Below are positions 23,516-50,467 of a stretch of 50,467 bases of DNA, piece by piece. A model generated the notes under the pieces. It made no database searches and was not told where the DNA came from. It saw nothing but the letters and a program-made list of their open reading frames with translations. Origin of the DNA: Salpingoeca rosetta (Eukaryota > Protista > Choanoflagellata); contig JAWQFM010000015.1 in assembly GCA_033442325.1 (NCBI GenBank), forward strand, positions 1,406,366-1,456,832, in the 5' to 3' direction. The translations under genes and the position numbers were made by a program. Position 1 is the stretch's first letter, and each line of letters opens with the position of its first letter.

Positions 23516-24628
23516 TCTCGTCCTGCTGTGCTGTGCTGTGTTGTGCGGTGTAGACGGGTGTGCACATGAGCGAGCGACTGAGTGAGTGAGTGGGCTTTCT
23601 CACGTTCACGCACGCATTCGCACGCATGCACGCATACATTCACGTTCACGCGCACGCGCACGCGCACGCGCACGCGCACGCAGTCTCTTTTCCCCCTCCC
23701 TCCCCAATTTGCTGTTGTTGATTGGTGTTGGCTCTTAACGCGCTCTGCTTTGGGTCGGAAGAAGGAGAAGAAGAAGAAAACCTTTTGTCTTTTGTGCCGT
23801 TGTCTTTGTGTGTTGGGTGCCCTTGCGTTGTTTCACTCGCGACCCGTTGTTACATGTTCCCGCCGTCGCCTTGTTCCTTCCCCCTTCTTTCCCTCGCGTT
23901 CCTTGCTTTTGTCTTGGCCAACACGTCCTACCCACACATACACACACACACGCACGTACACGCGTTTGCGACTTGCTTGACGGCTTGACGCGCTCTCCCC
24001 ACTCAAGCATGCATGATGCAACTTTTCTTGACCCACCACCCATCACCCCTCTCTCCCCCTCCAATCCCCAACCTTCTCCTGACCTCAACGCGTCATGCCC
24101 TTTGTTCTTCTCCGTCCGTGTGTGCCTGTTGTTGTCGTGGTTCGTGTTTTTTTGTTTCGTTGCCTTTGTGTGTGGCGTGGCTTGCTTGCTTGCTCGCGGC
24201 AACACGGCTAACACTCGGCGTGGTGAAAGCACATTGCTGCAACCAACCAACCAGCCCTATCATTTTCGTGTGGGTGGATTGGCGTGTTTGCTCGTGTTGT
24301 TGCTCCCGCTGTCATTGCTTCCACAAACCAACAATAAAATGAACAACCAGAGCGAGCGTAAGGGCACTGTGTGTTGAAAGACAAGGGGTTGAAGATTGAA
24401 GGGAGGGATCAGGAGTGCGCTAGGGAGTTGCAGCAGACAAAGAGAGAAACAGATGGCTGCATGGCTGCATGGCTGCTAGTCAACCATAACCACGACCGTA
24501 CCACGACCGTATCACAACCCACAACCACGACCGTACCACAACCCACAATGCAGATGCGAATCTGTCTTTGACATGAGTCACGTGTGGTGTGACAAGAGCT
24601 TGAACTTGCCAAACATCATGTGCAGCTG

Positions 24629-25106
24629 TTACGCAGCGAGCGCAGGAACTGCACCACCACTACCACGATCACCACTTTGCTTCGCCAACACAAGCGATGG
24701 CTGGTGATGGGGTTGCTCATCGCCTGCGTGTGCAACATCATCCTCGTGTGCGTGTGCGTGTGCGTGTGCGTGTGCGTGTGCGTGTGCGTGTGGGTCAATG
24801 CCGTGCTGCTGCAGGAGTGCGAGGGCCTGTGCCCGCCACGCCTGTGCCGTGTGCATTGGGTACTGGAGATGCAAGCCAAGACCCCGCAGGAGCAGCGACA
24901 CGCGACTCGCCATCACGAATTCGTCTGCCCCGCTCTCAATCTCATCCACCGTGCTCAAGTGCTCCATGAATTGCTGTCAAGGAGACCGGGGGCAGGGGGA
25001 GGAGATATGAGTGCATACGAGTGCATGCGAGTGCATGCGAGTGCAAAAAGCGCAAGCGCTATGCACACACACATACACACACACACAAACTAATACACAC
25101 AAACTA

Positions 25107-25194
<88 letters not shown>

Positions 25195-26420
25195 ATACAC
25201 ACCTGGATGTTCATGCCCTCTGTGACCGCAAAGTCGTCGTAGTCAAAGCCGATGATGGCGAGCTTCTCCGATACGTAGCGCGAGTTGTTCTTGGAACGGA
25301 ACCCCATGTGCGCATGCACACGCACCACCTCGTCCATGTCCCCGTCCGCCAGCGCAACAATCAGACGCGCAAGCTCAATCCTGTGGCAATCATGATGCAC
25401 ACATTGCATGCACACGCGTTAAACCGAACATGACCACACACCTGTTGTTGAAATCAGCAGAAGAAACAGCGCCACAAGAGCCTAATTGCCACCACAGTGA
25501 CCACCCACCACCGCCCAAAACCAAAAAAAAAAAAAACAAAAAAACAATCACAACCACCCATCATCATCACTGCCAGTAACACTTCACTGCCACCATCACG
25601 CCCCCCCATCACTTCCATCGCCATTCCCCATCACCATTCACCCGTGCGCACCTCTGCTCGACGGTGAGCCGCTTGACCTGTCCGTAGTCGATGAGCCCGA
25701 GACGACCGTCGTCCAGCAGCAGAATGTTCCCGGGGTGCGGGTCCCCGTTGAACACACCTGGCGGTGGTCGTAATGGTGGTTGTGAGAAAAAAACCAGTGA
25801 ATGCATGCATACAGACAGACAGACACACACACACACACAGACACACACACACACGCACACACACACACACACACAACACAACACACACAAACACACACCG
25901 TCGTTGAAGATCTGGTGCCCGTGCACCTCCATCAGCGTCGTCAGGATCTCAGGCAGGTTGAGCGGAATCTCTGACATGCAGAGCAGCAGAGGTGGTGGTG
26001 ATGGTGGAGATGGAGTGTGAATGCGCCATTTCACCGTGTGCAAAACGCCACGAAGCAACGACAAAGAACACGCACGCACACACACACACATACACACACA
26101 TACACACACATACACACACCAATACACTCAACTACAGCGCAACACACCACACAACACCGCACCACTATTATCCCCTCCCCCTCCCGTTCGCTCTTCCTGC
26201 CAACCTGGGCGGGTGTACTCGCGACGGCCAATGACCCATCCGAGCAGCGTGTTGCGCAACATGATGGCGGCGTTTGCAACAGCAGCGCGCGCCTTTGCCA
26301 TCCAGGTGTACAGTCGCATCGTGCGGGCGGAGGGACCGCGCTCAATAATGCCGCGTCGCAGTTTCTCCTTTCGCTCGGCCTCAAGTGCAGCCAGCGTCGT
26401 GCCCCTAGAGCAGTTTTGTG

Positions 26421-26463
<43 letters not shown>

Positions 26464-28273
26464 CGGGAGATGGAAGATGAGGATGGGGATGATGATGATA
26501 CAGATGATGGCAACAGCATGTCTGAGCTGGTTCATTGCGTGCTCACCGTTTCTCGGCAACCGTCTTGAAAAACGCCTGGTGTTGAGACCAGAGAGAACGC
26601 GCACATACTGTGAGAAGAGAAGAAGGCGCCAATGCGCAAGCAACGACAAATGTTCCCAAATACAGATGCACAGGTGCGAGAAGCGACTGCACAAGCAACC
26701 ACACACAAGAACCACACACACACACACACACAAGAAACACACACACACACACAAGAAACACACACACACACAAGAAACACACACAAGACACACGAACTAC
26801 GTGTGCTGTGTCACCTTGAGACCGTCCACAAGCTTCACACCGGGCAGAAACTCCATGACCAGCACATCGCGCGTGCACAAATTAGTGATGGGGCGCGGAA
26901 TGTGCACCTGCAGTGCATGGGCGGTGATGTTGGAGGTGGTGGTGGTGGTGGTGATGGTGGTGACATGCCACCATTTGAGCCGTGTTCGATGAGAATTAAA
27001 CGAAGCGCGGGCGTGTCAGGAGGGCAAATTTTGGCATTGACAGGCAGCACACAGAAACGTGCGAAACCAAACAGTGCAAGCATAAGACCCCCCCCCCCAC
27101 ACACACACACACAAACACAAATACACACACACACACACACACAAATACACACACAAATACACACAAATACACACGCACGCACACACACACACACACAAAT
27201 ACACAAACACACACACACACACACACAAATACACACACAAATACACACGCACGCACACACACAAACACACACAGTCCTCTCCCTCCTCCAAACATCACGA
27301 GACACCACCCCAGACGCCGCACCCTGTCGCCGTAAATTGGTTCGATGTTGTCTGCAACCGTGTCGAGGTTGCTCGCCTCGCGCCTGTAGTCAAACTCCGT
27401 CATAAACTGTTTGCGCACCTCCTTCAGGAACGGCACTTGCTCTGGCTGCACGAGTTTGCAGAATGCGGTGATGGTTGCCATGTCCATATCGAAGGTCGCC
27501 TCCACCTTGGGGAACTTGACCTTCACCACCACCTCCCGTCCATCGTGCAGGCGTGCGCGGTGCGCCTTGGTGGCGGTGGTGGTCGTGTGGATTGTTGATG
27601 GTGGCGGTAGTAGTGTGATGGTGGTGATTGATGAGGTGTGCGAGGGAGAAGCAGTGGACATGACTGCAAACACACAAACAAAACAAAACAAAACAAACAA
27701 ACAAAATTAACAAACAAAACAAACATACATACATACAAACAAACAAACATACATACATACAAACAAACAAACAAACAAACAAACAAACAAACAAACAAAA
27801 TTAACAAACAAAACAAACATACATACATACAAACAAACAAACAAACAAACATAACAACAAACAAACAAACAAACAAACACACCACGCCACAGCACCGCAC
27901 CTGGCCAATGGAGGCAGCGCCGAGTGGGGTGGGATCGAATTCAGCAAAGACAGCAGACAGCGGCTGTCCAAGTGACGATTCAACAACAGACTGCACATAC
28001 GCAAACGGCTCTGGCGGGACTTGGTCCTGGTGATCATAGTGGTGGTAATGGTGGTGGTGAGCAGGAGATGCGTGAGTGAAAATGGAGGAACGGTCAGCAC
28101 GGAAGTTGAGGGTCAGATACCATATGGACAGGGGGAAAGGAAGCTGTCATGCAGCTCTCGACATTAACCCAGCTGCAATGCACACACACACACACACCAA
28201 ATTCAATCACACACACACACACACCAAGTTCAATCACACACACGCACACACGCACACACGCACACACGCACAC

Positions 28274-28349
<76 letters not shown>

Positions 28350-28790
28350 CCTGGAGTTTGTCGAGGCGGTCGAGGAACTGCGGTGGCATAAAGTCCGCGC
28401 GGGTGGAGGCAATCTGACCAATCTTGATGTAGAACCCGCGCATCATGAGGATGATGCGGATCAGATCCGGTGCATACCGCTCATGCAACTTGTCAAACGC
28501 CGCGGCCTGCAACGATACGCGCACACGAGTGAGGCGCACGGGGGCGAGACGCACAACAGAGGAAACAGCACAGGAAGAAGCACAGGAAGAAAGCACAGGG
28601 GAAAAACAGGGCTGGAACCACCTCCAAGATGACCGCGTGCGAACAGTGGAAGCTTAAAACGGCACAGGTACATCCAAATGACACTTTGGTCTTACTGCAT
28701 GTCACGCACCCGTTCTGCTTCCGGGAGTTTGGCTGTGGTGATGTCGACAAAGCGGTAGTGGCCATAAATGGGAAACACATTCGCCCTGTT
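24629..28790 (-). CDS. ABC1/ADCK (UbiB-family) atypical protein kinase (5' exon(s) unresolved, probably further right)
   Basis: Spliced motifs GFYIKIGQIASTRADFMP (KxGQ), LQDQVPP, FDPTPLGAASIGQAHRARLHDGREVVVKV, EFDYRREA, VLVMEF, FNGDPHPGNIL, LIDYGQVK; stop at 24629-24631. Confidence 0.93.
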
Positions 28791-29652
28791 GCACCAGCAC
28801 AAGACGGCATGTGCAGTTAGGACCGACGAAGACACGCAGCGCAAAGCAAACGGCAACCTCTAAGAACACAACGTGCGACTGCAGCTCGCGACTGCACACA
28901 CAAAACACACACACACACACACACACATGCACACACATGCACACACATGCACACACATGCACACACATGCACACACATGCACACACACACAAACCTCAAA
29001 CAAACACAACTCTCGCACACACACACCAAAAGCTGACGGTGCGTTGGGTTGCTGTGTGGGTGACATAGAGGGAAGTGAGGACAGCTGGAGGCGTCAGCAG
29101 CGCTGCGCCCAGTGCTCGGACCAACAATCGGCTGCAAACAACGATGAGGTGAGCTCTTGCTGCATGCAGCAGACTTCACATGGTCCAGTTGACCCGACAT
29201 CACGTGTATTCGTGCATTTCACACCGCAAGGTACACACACACACACCCCACACACGCACGCACGCACGCATGCACCACCACTGTCATTGCTGCTCACCTC
29301 ATGCCCGTGGCTGGCAGTGGAAGGAAGGAAGGACACGGACTCACACACAGCAGCAGCAACACACAAGTTGCAAGTCGTGGCAATGTGCTGTGTTGTCCTC
29401 CCGAACAGCGAGCGAAGTTTGGAAGATTGATGGGTATCATTCGTTAAAATTCAGCAGACTTGGCTGCTCGAAGAACAACGTGCAGACAACGTGCAGCACA
29501 ACAAATCCTGCTTTGCTCTGCTGTGCTCTGCTTCGCAGGTTCTGTCGTGTAGCGTCACTTGACACGAGGCGACGCGTGCATCGTTGGTGTAACACACAGC
29601 ACAGCACAACACTTCACACACCTCCTTTACGTCTCTTTGTGATCCACTCGCC

Positions 29653-35592
<5,940 letters not shown>

Positions 35593-36004
35593 GCACGATG
35601 ATCGTTATGCCGACAACTTCTTTGTGCCTTGTGCGCTTGTGCACTTGCGCTTTTGTGGTGGGCAGCAACGTCTTTATAACTTGCTGTTCAACCCTTCGAC
35701 GACCTCCCACCCACCTCCCCCTCCTTCATCTTTTCCTTCCATCCCACCTGCCCTGTGTTCACTTCACGCCTCGCGTCCTCGGCATCCAGGCTTCGCTCGC
35801 CAGTTACACGACTCGTATCCAACTCAACACCAACTCACACGTGTGGTGGTCGTGGGGACCTGGTTTTCGGTCTACTCTGTTCCTTGTCCACGCTAGTCGT
35901 TATTTCAACAAATACCATAAAAAGTCAGGAACAACACCAACGAGCACAATACACACACACACACAACCTGGCCTGAACAATGAATGAACTGTACCACCTC
36001 GATG

Positions 36005-36102
<98 letters not shown>

Positions 36103-36131
36103 CGCACACACACACGCACGCATAAAGACGT

Positions 36132-39100
36132 TTACGGCTGCTCAGGATGAGTGAATCCATACTCATCCAGCTGCTGGAAGAACCGCTGGCGAACAAACTG
36201 ATACAGGTCCCAATCGTACGGGTCGTGTTCGCGCCTCAACTTCCGCCACTCATCCTTGGGCACCTGGTCCAACCGTCCCCGTGTCTGATATAGCCCGGTG
36301 TCCTTGTCATGGTCGCTCCTTTCATCGGCGTTGACTTGCAACAGCCCCCTGCCAACCCGACCCGCCAGCGCTCCACCCTGCCCTTCCTCCTCTCCCTCAT
36401 CATCATCATCATCGTCATTGCCTCGATGCTTCTTTTTCTTCTTCTTCTTCTCCATAAACGTTTGCCAGTCGTCATCATCGTCCACACCACCACGACCCCC
36501 AGTAACCCCGTTGTCGTCATCAGCATCTGCCCTGTGCAGGCCTTGCTGCTCCCCGCCATTGGTGTCACGACCACGACCACCATCACCACCGCCACCACCA
36601 TCGTCACCACCACCATCGTCGTGGTCGTCGTGTGTGTGTTCGGCCTCTGCCCGAATATCCGCCATCATCCCCTGCACAATCTTTCTTCGCGCCTCATTCC
36701 TCGATGACGATGACGATGACGATGACGATGAAGATGATGAATCACCATGCTCCGTGCGTGTGCCCGTGGGTCGCAGGTTAGCCAGCTCTGTCGGGTGCAT
36801 TTTCCCGCCGTACATGCGATGGAAGAGGCAGATGGACGCGTTCCAGTGCTCCATAATGCCAGCCAGTGCCAGGCGCTCAGAGACAACCGCTTTCGCCGCA
36901 TCCAAGTCTGCAAGGAAGAAGAATGAGCATACAATGTGGTGGGTGAGCTGGGTTTCCTTTGACAGAGAAAACATATGCACCCAGGTTCGTGATGTTGATG
37001 ATGCAATGACACACAAAGACAAACATACACACAGAGAGAGAGATTGACACACCCATGGGTGTTCACACCATAGCATTGCGACATGCATCAAAGCACAGCA
37101 AAGCACAACAAAGCACAACAAAGCACAGCAAGCACTACATGCAAGGAGAAAATACATGCGTGCAAACACGCGCAAGTGCACACCTGCTGGGGTGAGCGGG
37201 GCTGGGGTGGTGCAGGTGTAGCCAAGCAGCATCTTGGTTTGACAGCTGGCTACGCCAGGAAAGTTTGCAAACGCTTCGACCGTGTGCGTCACCTCCAGCA
37301 TGCGTTGCCGGTCAATTCTGGGAGGCGAAACAGGAGCACAGGGTCAGAGGCACAAGAAGCAGATGTGGGTGTCATCATCATTTCACATGTTGGCACAACA
37401 ATACAGAAGCTGGCAGGGAGAGAAGCCTACTAGATGCAACCAATCAATCTCAGGGGAAGGGGAATATTGTGCTTGCATGCAAGCACATTGTTTTTTCTTT
37501 GCACACTGGGCATATCCATCCGTTCGCACGAGAGCATTTGCCACGGACCTGTTCATTCCAAAGCTGTGCTTGTGGTAGTTGAATGCGCTGAGGACGCGTC
37601 GCCGCGGGTCGCGGAAAATGGCCAGGATGGAGCCCGACCGCTCCCGTGCACGTGCTGGAGACAGCGGCGTGTGCCCGGGAATAGGGCCTGAAAAAAGGTG
37701 TAAAAGCGTGGCATGAATGCGTGTTCACACACGTGTTCATGAGTGAGTTGGAGGGGAGGGGGTTGTGATCTAGCGTGAAGCGTGCATGAGTGAAATGATT
37801 ACATCATCTCAATGTTTGATCGTCCCGCCTCCGACTAATACAATTCCCTTCCTCCTTCTTCCAAAGCTTCTCACCTTTCCACATCTCCCTCCGGCTGCCT
37901 TTTCCCTCTTGGCCCCCGCATCCCTGCCCTTCTTCTCCTCCTCCTCCTCCCCCTCCTGCACCTGCTCACCGAGACGATCAGCGGCACAGTGCTTCTCACG
38001 GAACGGCAGGCGCAGCACTGTCCCCTTCTTGCGTGTGCGCATCAGACTGTGTGTTGGAGCAGGGTGTGTTGAAGTTGATGAGGTGAGGTGAAAGCCACGG
38101 ACAAGAAACTAGCTGGTGCATGCAGGCAAGCAGAACAAACGTGGTCAAGGGGGGACGCAGGGCAGGGCACGACCAAGCAGACACAGAGCCAAAATTTCAT
38201 TCTAAAGTTCACAACAAAGAGGCATAAACACACTCACAACCACACAAGCGCAGAGGCATTCCACGCACCCGTCGTGTGGGGCCCAGAGGGTGAAGCATCC
38301 CTTGCATGGCTCGTAGCAATACTGGCAGGTGCTGTTCATGTAAGCAGGGAGGCCAGGGTCCTTCAAATCATCAAAGACGCGCGCTGTCTCCACATCCCGA
38401 CACCCGTAGTGGTACATTGTGTTTGTCAAGCTGGACCCACACCTGATTGGGGGTCAGGGTAAAGAACGAGGTGTAAGTCGATCAGGAGAAGCAAAAAAAG
38501 GATGAGGAAGAAGAGAAGAGCCAAAGGATGGGGACGCACAAAATGATTCACGCACATACGCACACACATACACACATATATACGCAAGCTCTCTCTATCT
38601 CTATCTCTCTCTCTCTATCTGTCTATCTATCTATCGATCTATCTGTCTCTCTCTCTATCTATCTATCTCTCTCTCTCGCACACACTCGCATACTTTGGAA
38701 AGTGGAGCCAGTTGACGTGGTGCAGTGCACGTGGTTTGGGTACGACCGCGTCGGGAATGGTGCGGCAACTCTGCTCAAAGAGCGGGTCAATAAAGTCACG
38801 GACGGAGTCGCCGTCTGTGGTCTTGAGCCAACGGAACTCCACGTCGCCACCGCTGTGGTCTGTGTCTTCGCCGGGGACAACGCAGAAGCAGTCGCGGCAC
38901 TCAAACGGAAACCCTTGCGTTGCACCAGTGTAAGATATCGGCAGGTTGTCGTCGTGTCCTGCACCAATACAGCAAAAGCGCAGAGAGCACGAGAAGATGA
39001 GAGCATGAACGCATGGGAGCATGAGCGGAACAAGCAATGGCGTGGCAGCACAAGACGTGCACATGCATGCATGCATGCACGGAACGAAGACAGTGCTGTG

Positions 39101-39532
39101 TTTGAAGTCATGTATAGGCGCCACGTTCAAAATAGGGGACAAGACAAGCAAGCCGGCTGGCGAGCGGATGCTCACGGGCAGCGAGGCAACGAGCAGAGCC
39201 ATTTGTTCTCATGTTGTTGTGCTCCGTGCGTGTGCTGTTCAACAACGCCACAACACAAGCCTACAAACACGCAACATACCTGTGGTACATTGACTGCCAG
39301 TGCACCTCAAGCCGCGTGCGCAGGCACAGTGACTTGCACGGTGGTGTGCCGAATAGACGAAATACGAGTTTGGTGGGCATGGTCGTGCCTCTGTCATTAC
39401 CGTTGACAACAGCAAGCTGAACGAGATCAGCACAGCCAAGGACATCGATTTAACCCCTCCTGCAGCACTCGTAGCAGCGCCGCGGCTTTGCTGCCCTTGT
39501 ATCCTTCTCCGCATCGCTTCCGCCTGGGTCAT
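36132..39532 (-). CDS. Secretory-pathway sulfotransferase with N-terminal Cys-rich module
   Basis: Hydrophobic N-terminal segment (MSLAVLISFSLLLSTV; alternative start 39445). 5'-PSB motif WLHFPK|CGSS across a splice; 3'-PB motif AIFRDPRRRVLSAF (~37585-37630); C-terminal GIMEHWNASICLF ... DWDLY. Confidence 0.8.
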
Positions 39533-39965
39533 CGACAACGCCAACCAAGACGAGCCAAGCCAAGCGAGGCTGTGGTGCGGCCTCACAACACAATCAATGC
39601 CGTCTGCTTCCTCCTGCTTCAGCCAGCAGAGCTTCTTCAGCTTCTTTGTTGAAAGTCCTTGCAGGCATTGAGGAAGTTGTGGCGATCTGCGAATGTGACT
39701 GTGAATTTTCTTTCGCGGTCGGAACGTGCGCACGTCCGCTGTTTCTTCTTGCTGTTGTGTGTGTGATTTGACAGTGACGACCGCACTGTTCCGAGCAACC
39801 TCCAACTCCGACCTGTCTGTGGTTGGTGTTGCTTGTCGGGTCACTTTGTGGGCTGGACCTCTTGTTTGTCTTGAACGACGACAGCGATTGTGGGCGCTGG
39901 AGTTGGTTGGTTTGTCTGTTGGCAAAGCCGCCTTTCGCCTGCGTGCGAGCATCAAACAGCACACC

Positions 39966-43647
<3,682 letters not shown>

Positions 43648-43879
43648 CTGTGTGTGTGTCTGTGTGTCTGTGTGTCTGTGTGTCTGTGTGTCTGTGTGTG
43701 TGTGTGTGTGTTGTGTGTGTGTGTGTCTGCGTGTGTCTGTGTGTCTGTGTGTGTGTGTGTGTGTGTTTGGCGAACAACAGCAGCAGACGGCTCCTCAACT
43801 AAACTGTCACTGACACTATAAACAGTAGTAACACATTTTGCCGCAACCAACAGCAGAGACAGACAGCCAACAAGATTAT

Positions 43880-46498
<2,619 letters not shown>

Positions 46499-46583
46499 GT
46501 GGGTTGCACGTGTTTGCTTTCTCGTCGCAACTGTAAACCATTCAGACAACAACTACAAGAAAAAGCTCTTGTTGGCAGCGGAT

Positions 46584-47683
<1,100 letters not shown>

Positions 47684-47701
47684 CTCATTTGTGTGTGTGT
47701 G

Positions 47702-47750
<49 letters not shown>

Positions 47751-48002
47751 GCGTGACTATCTTGTCAGCCTGTCGGTCAGGCTGTCTATCTTTGCATTGC
47801 GCGCACCATTGCATTGCATTGCACTTCAACGTGTGTGTCCCCGAGCAACTAGGACGGTTCAAACGAGCGAGTGGGAGCCATGGGTCAGACAGCTCCAGTA
47901 AACAACTCCAACATGGCACACCGCATGTGTGTGTGAGGGTGTGTGGGGCGTGAGCATGGGATCATACGAGGGCAGCGACAAGGTGGCCACCAGCACCATC
48001 GG

Positions 48003-50467
<2,465 letters not shown>

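Overview
Intron-rich eukaryotic DNA full of (GT)n/(CA)n microsatellites, with three N-gaps (8755-8922, 12084-12183, 21489-21588). The style and gene content suggest a unicellular holozoan such as the choanoflagellate Salpingoeca rosetta; this is my inference, not shown by the sequence. Most short ORFs in the track are microsatellite or antisense artefacts, so I spliced gene models by hand from GT-AG sites and reading phase. Left to right: (1) a C2H2 zinc-finger gene (-); (2) a transposon-debris zone with a foldback hairpin, a PIF/Harbinger transposase relic and a complete non-autonomous Mutator-like element with a 9-bp TSD; (3) an unrecognised ~1025-aa protein with three 4-Cys repeats, a C2H2 finger, three SIM-like and two PIP-like motifs (+); (4) a complete dual oxidase, DUOX (-, ~1600 aa), head-to-head with its maturation factor DUOXA (+, ~543 aa); (5) an ABC1/ADCK kinase (-) head-to-head with methionine synthase reductase (+); (6) a sulfotransferase (-) head-to-head with METTL16 (+); (7) an unresolved gene (-) and a CUSTOS/C12orf43-like gene (+); (8) the 3' part of a probable secreted protein (-). 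The headline observation is the animal-style divergent DUOX-DUOXA H2O2-generating pair in what appears to be a non-animal genome. The second is the orphan repeat protein.
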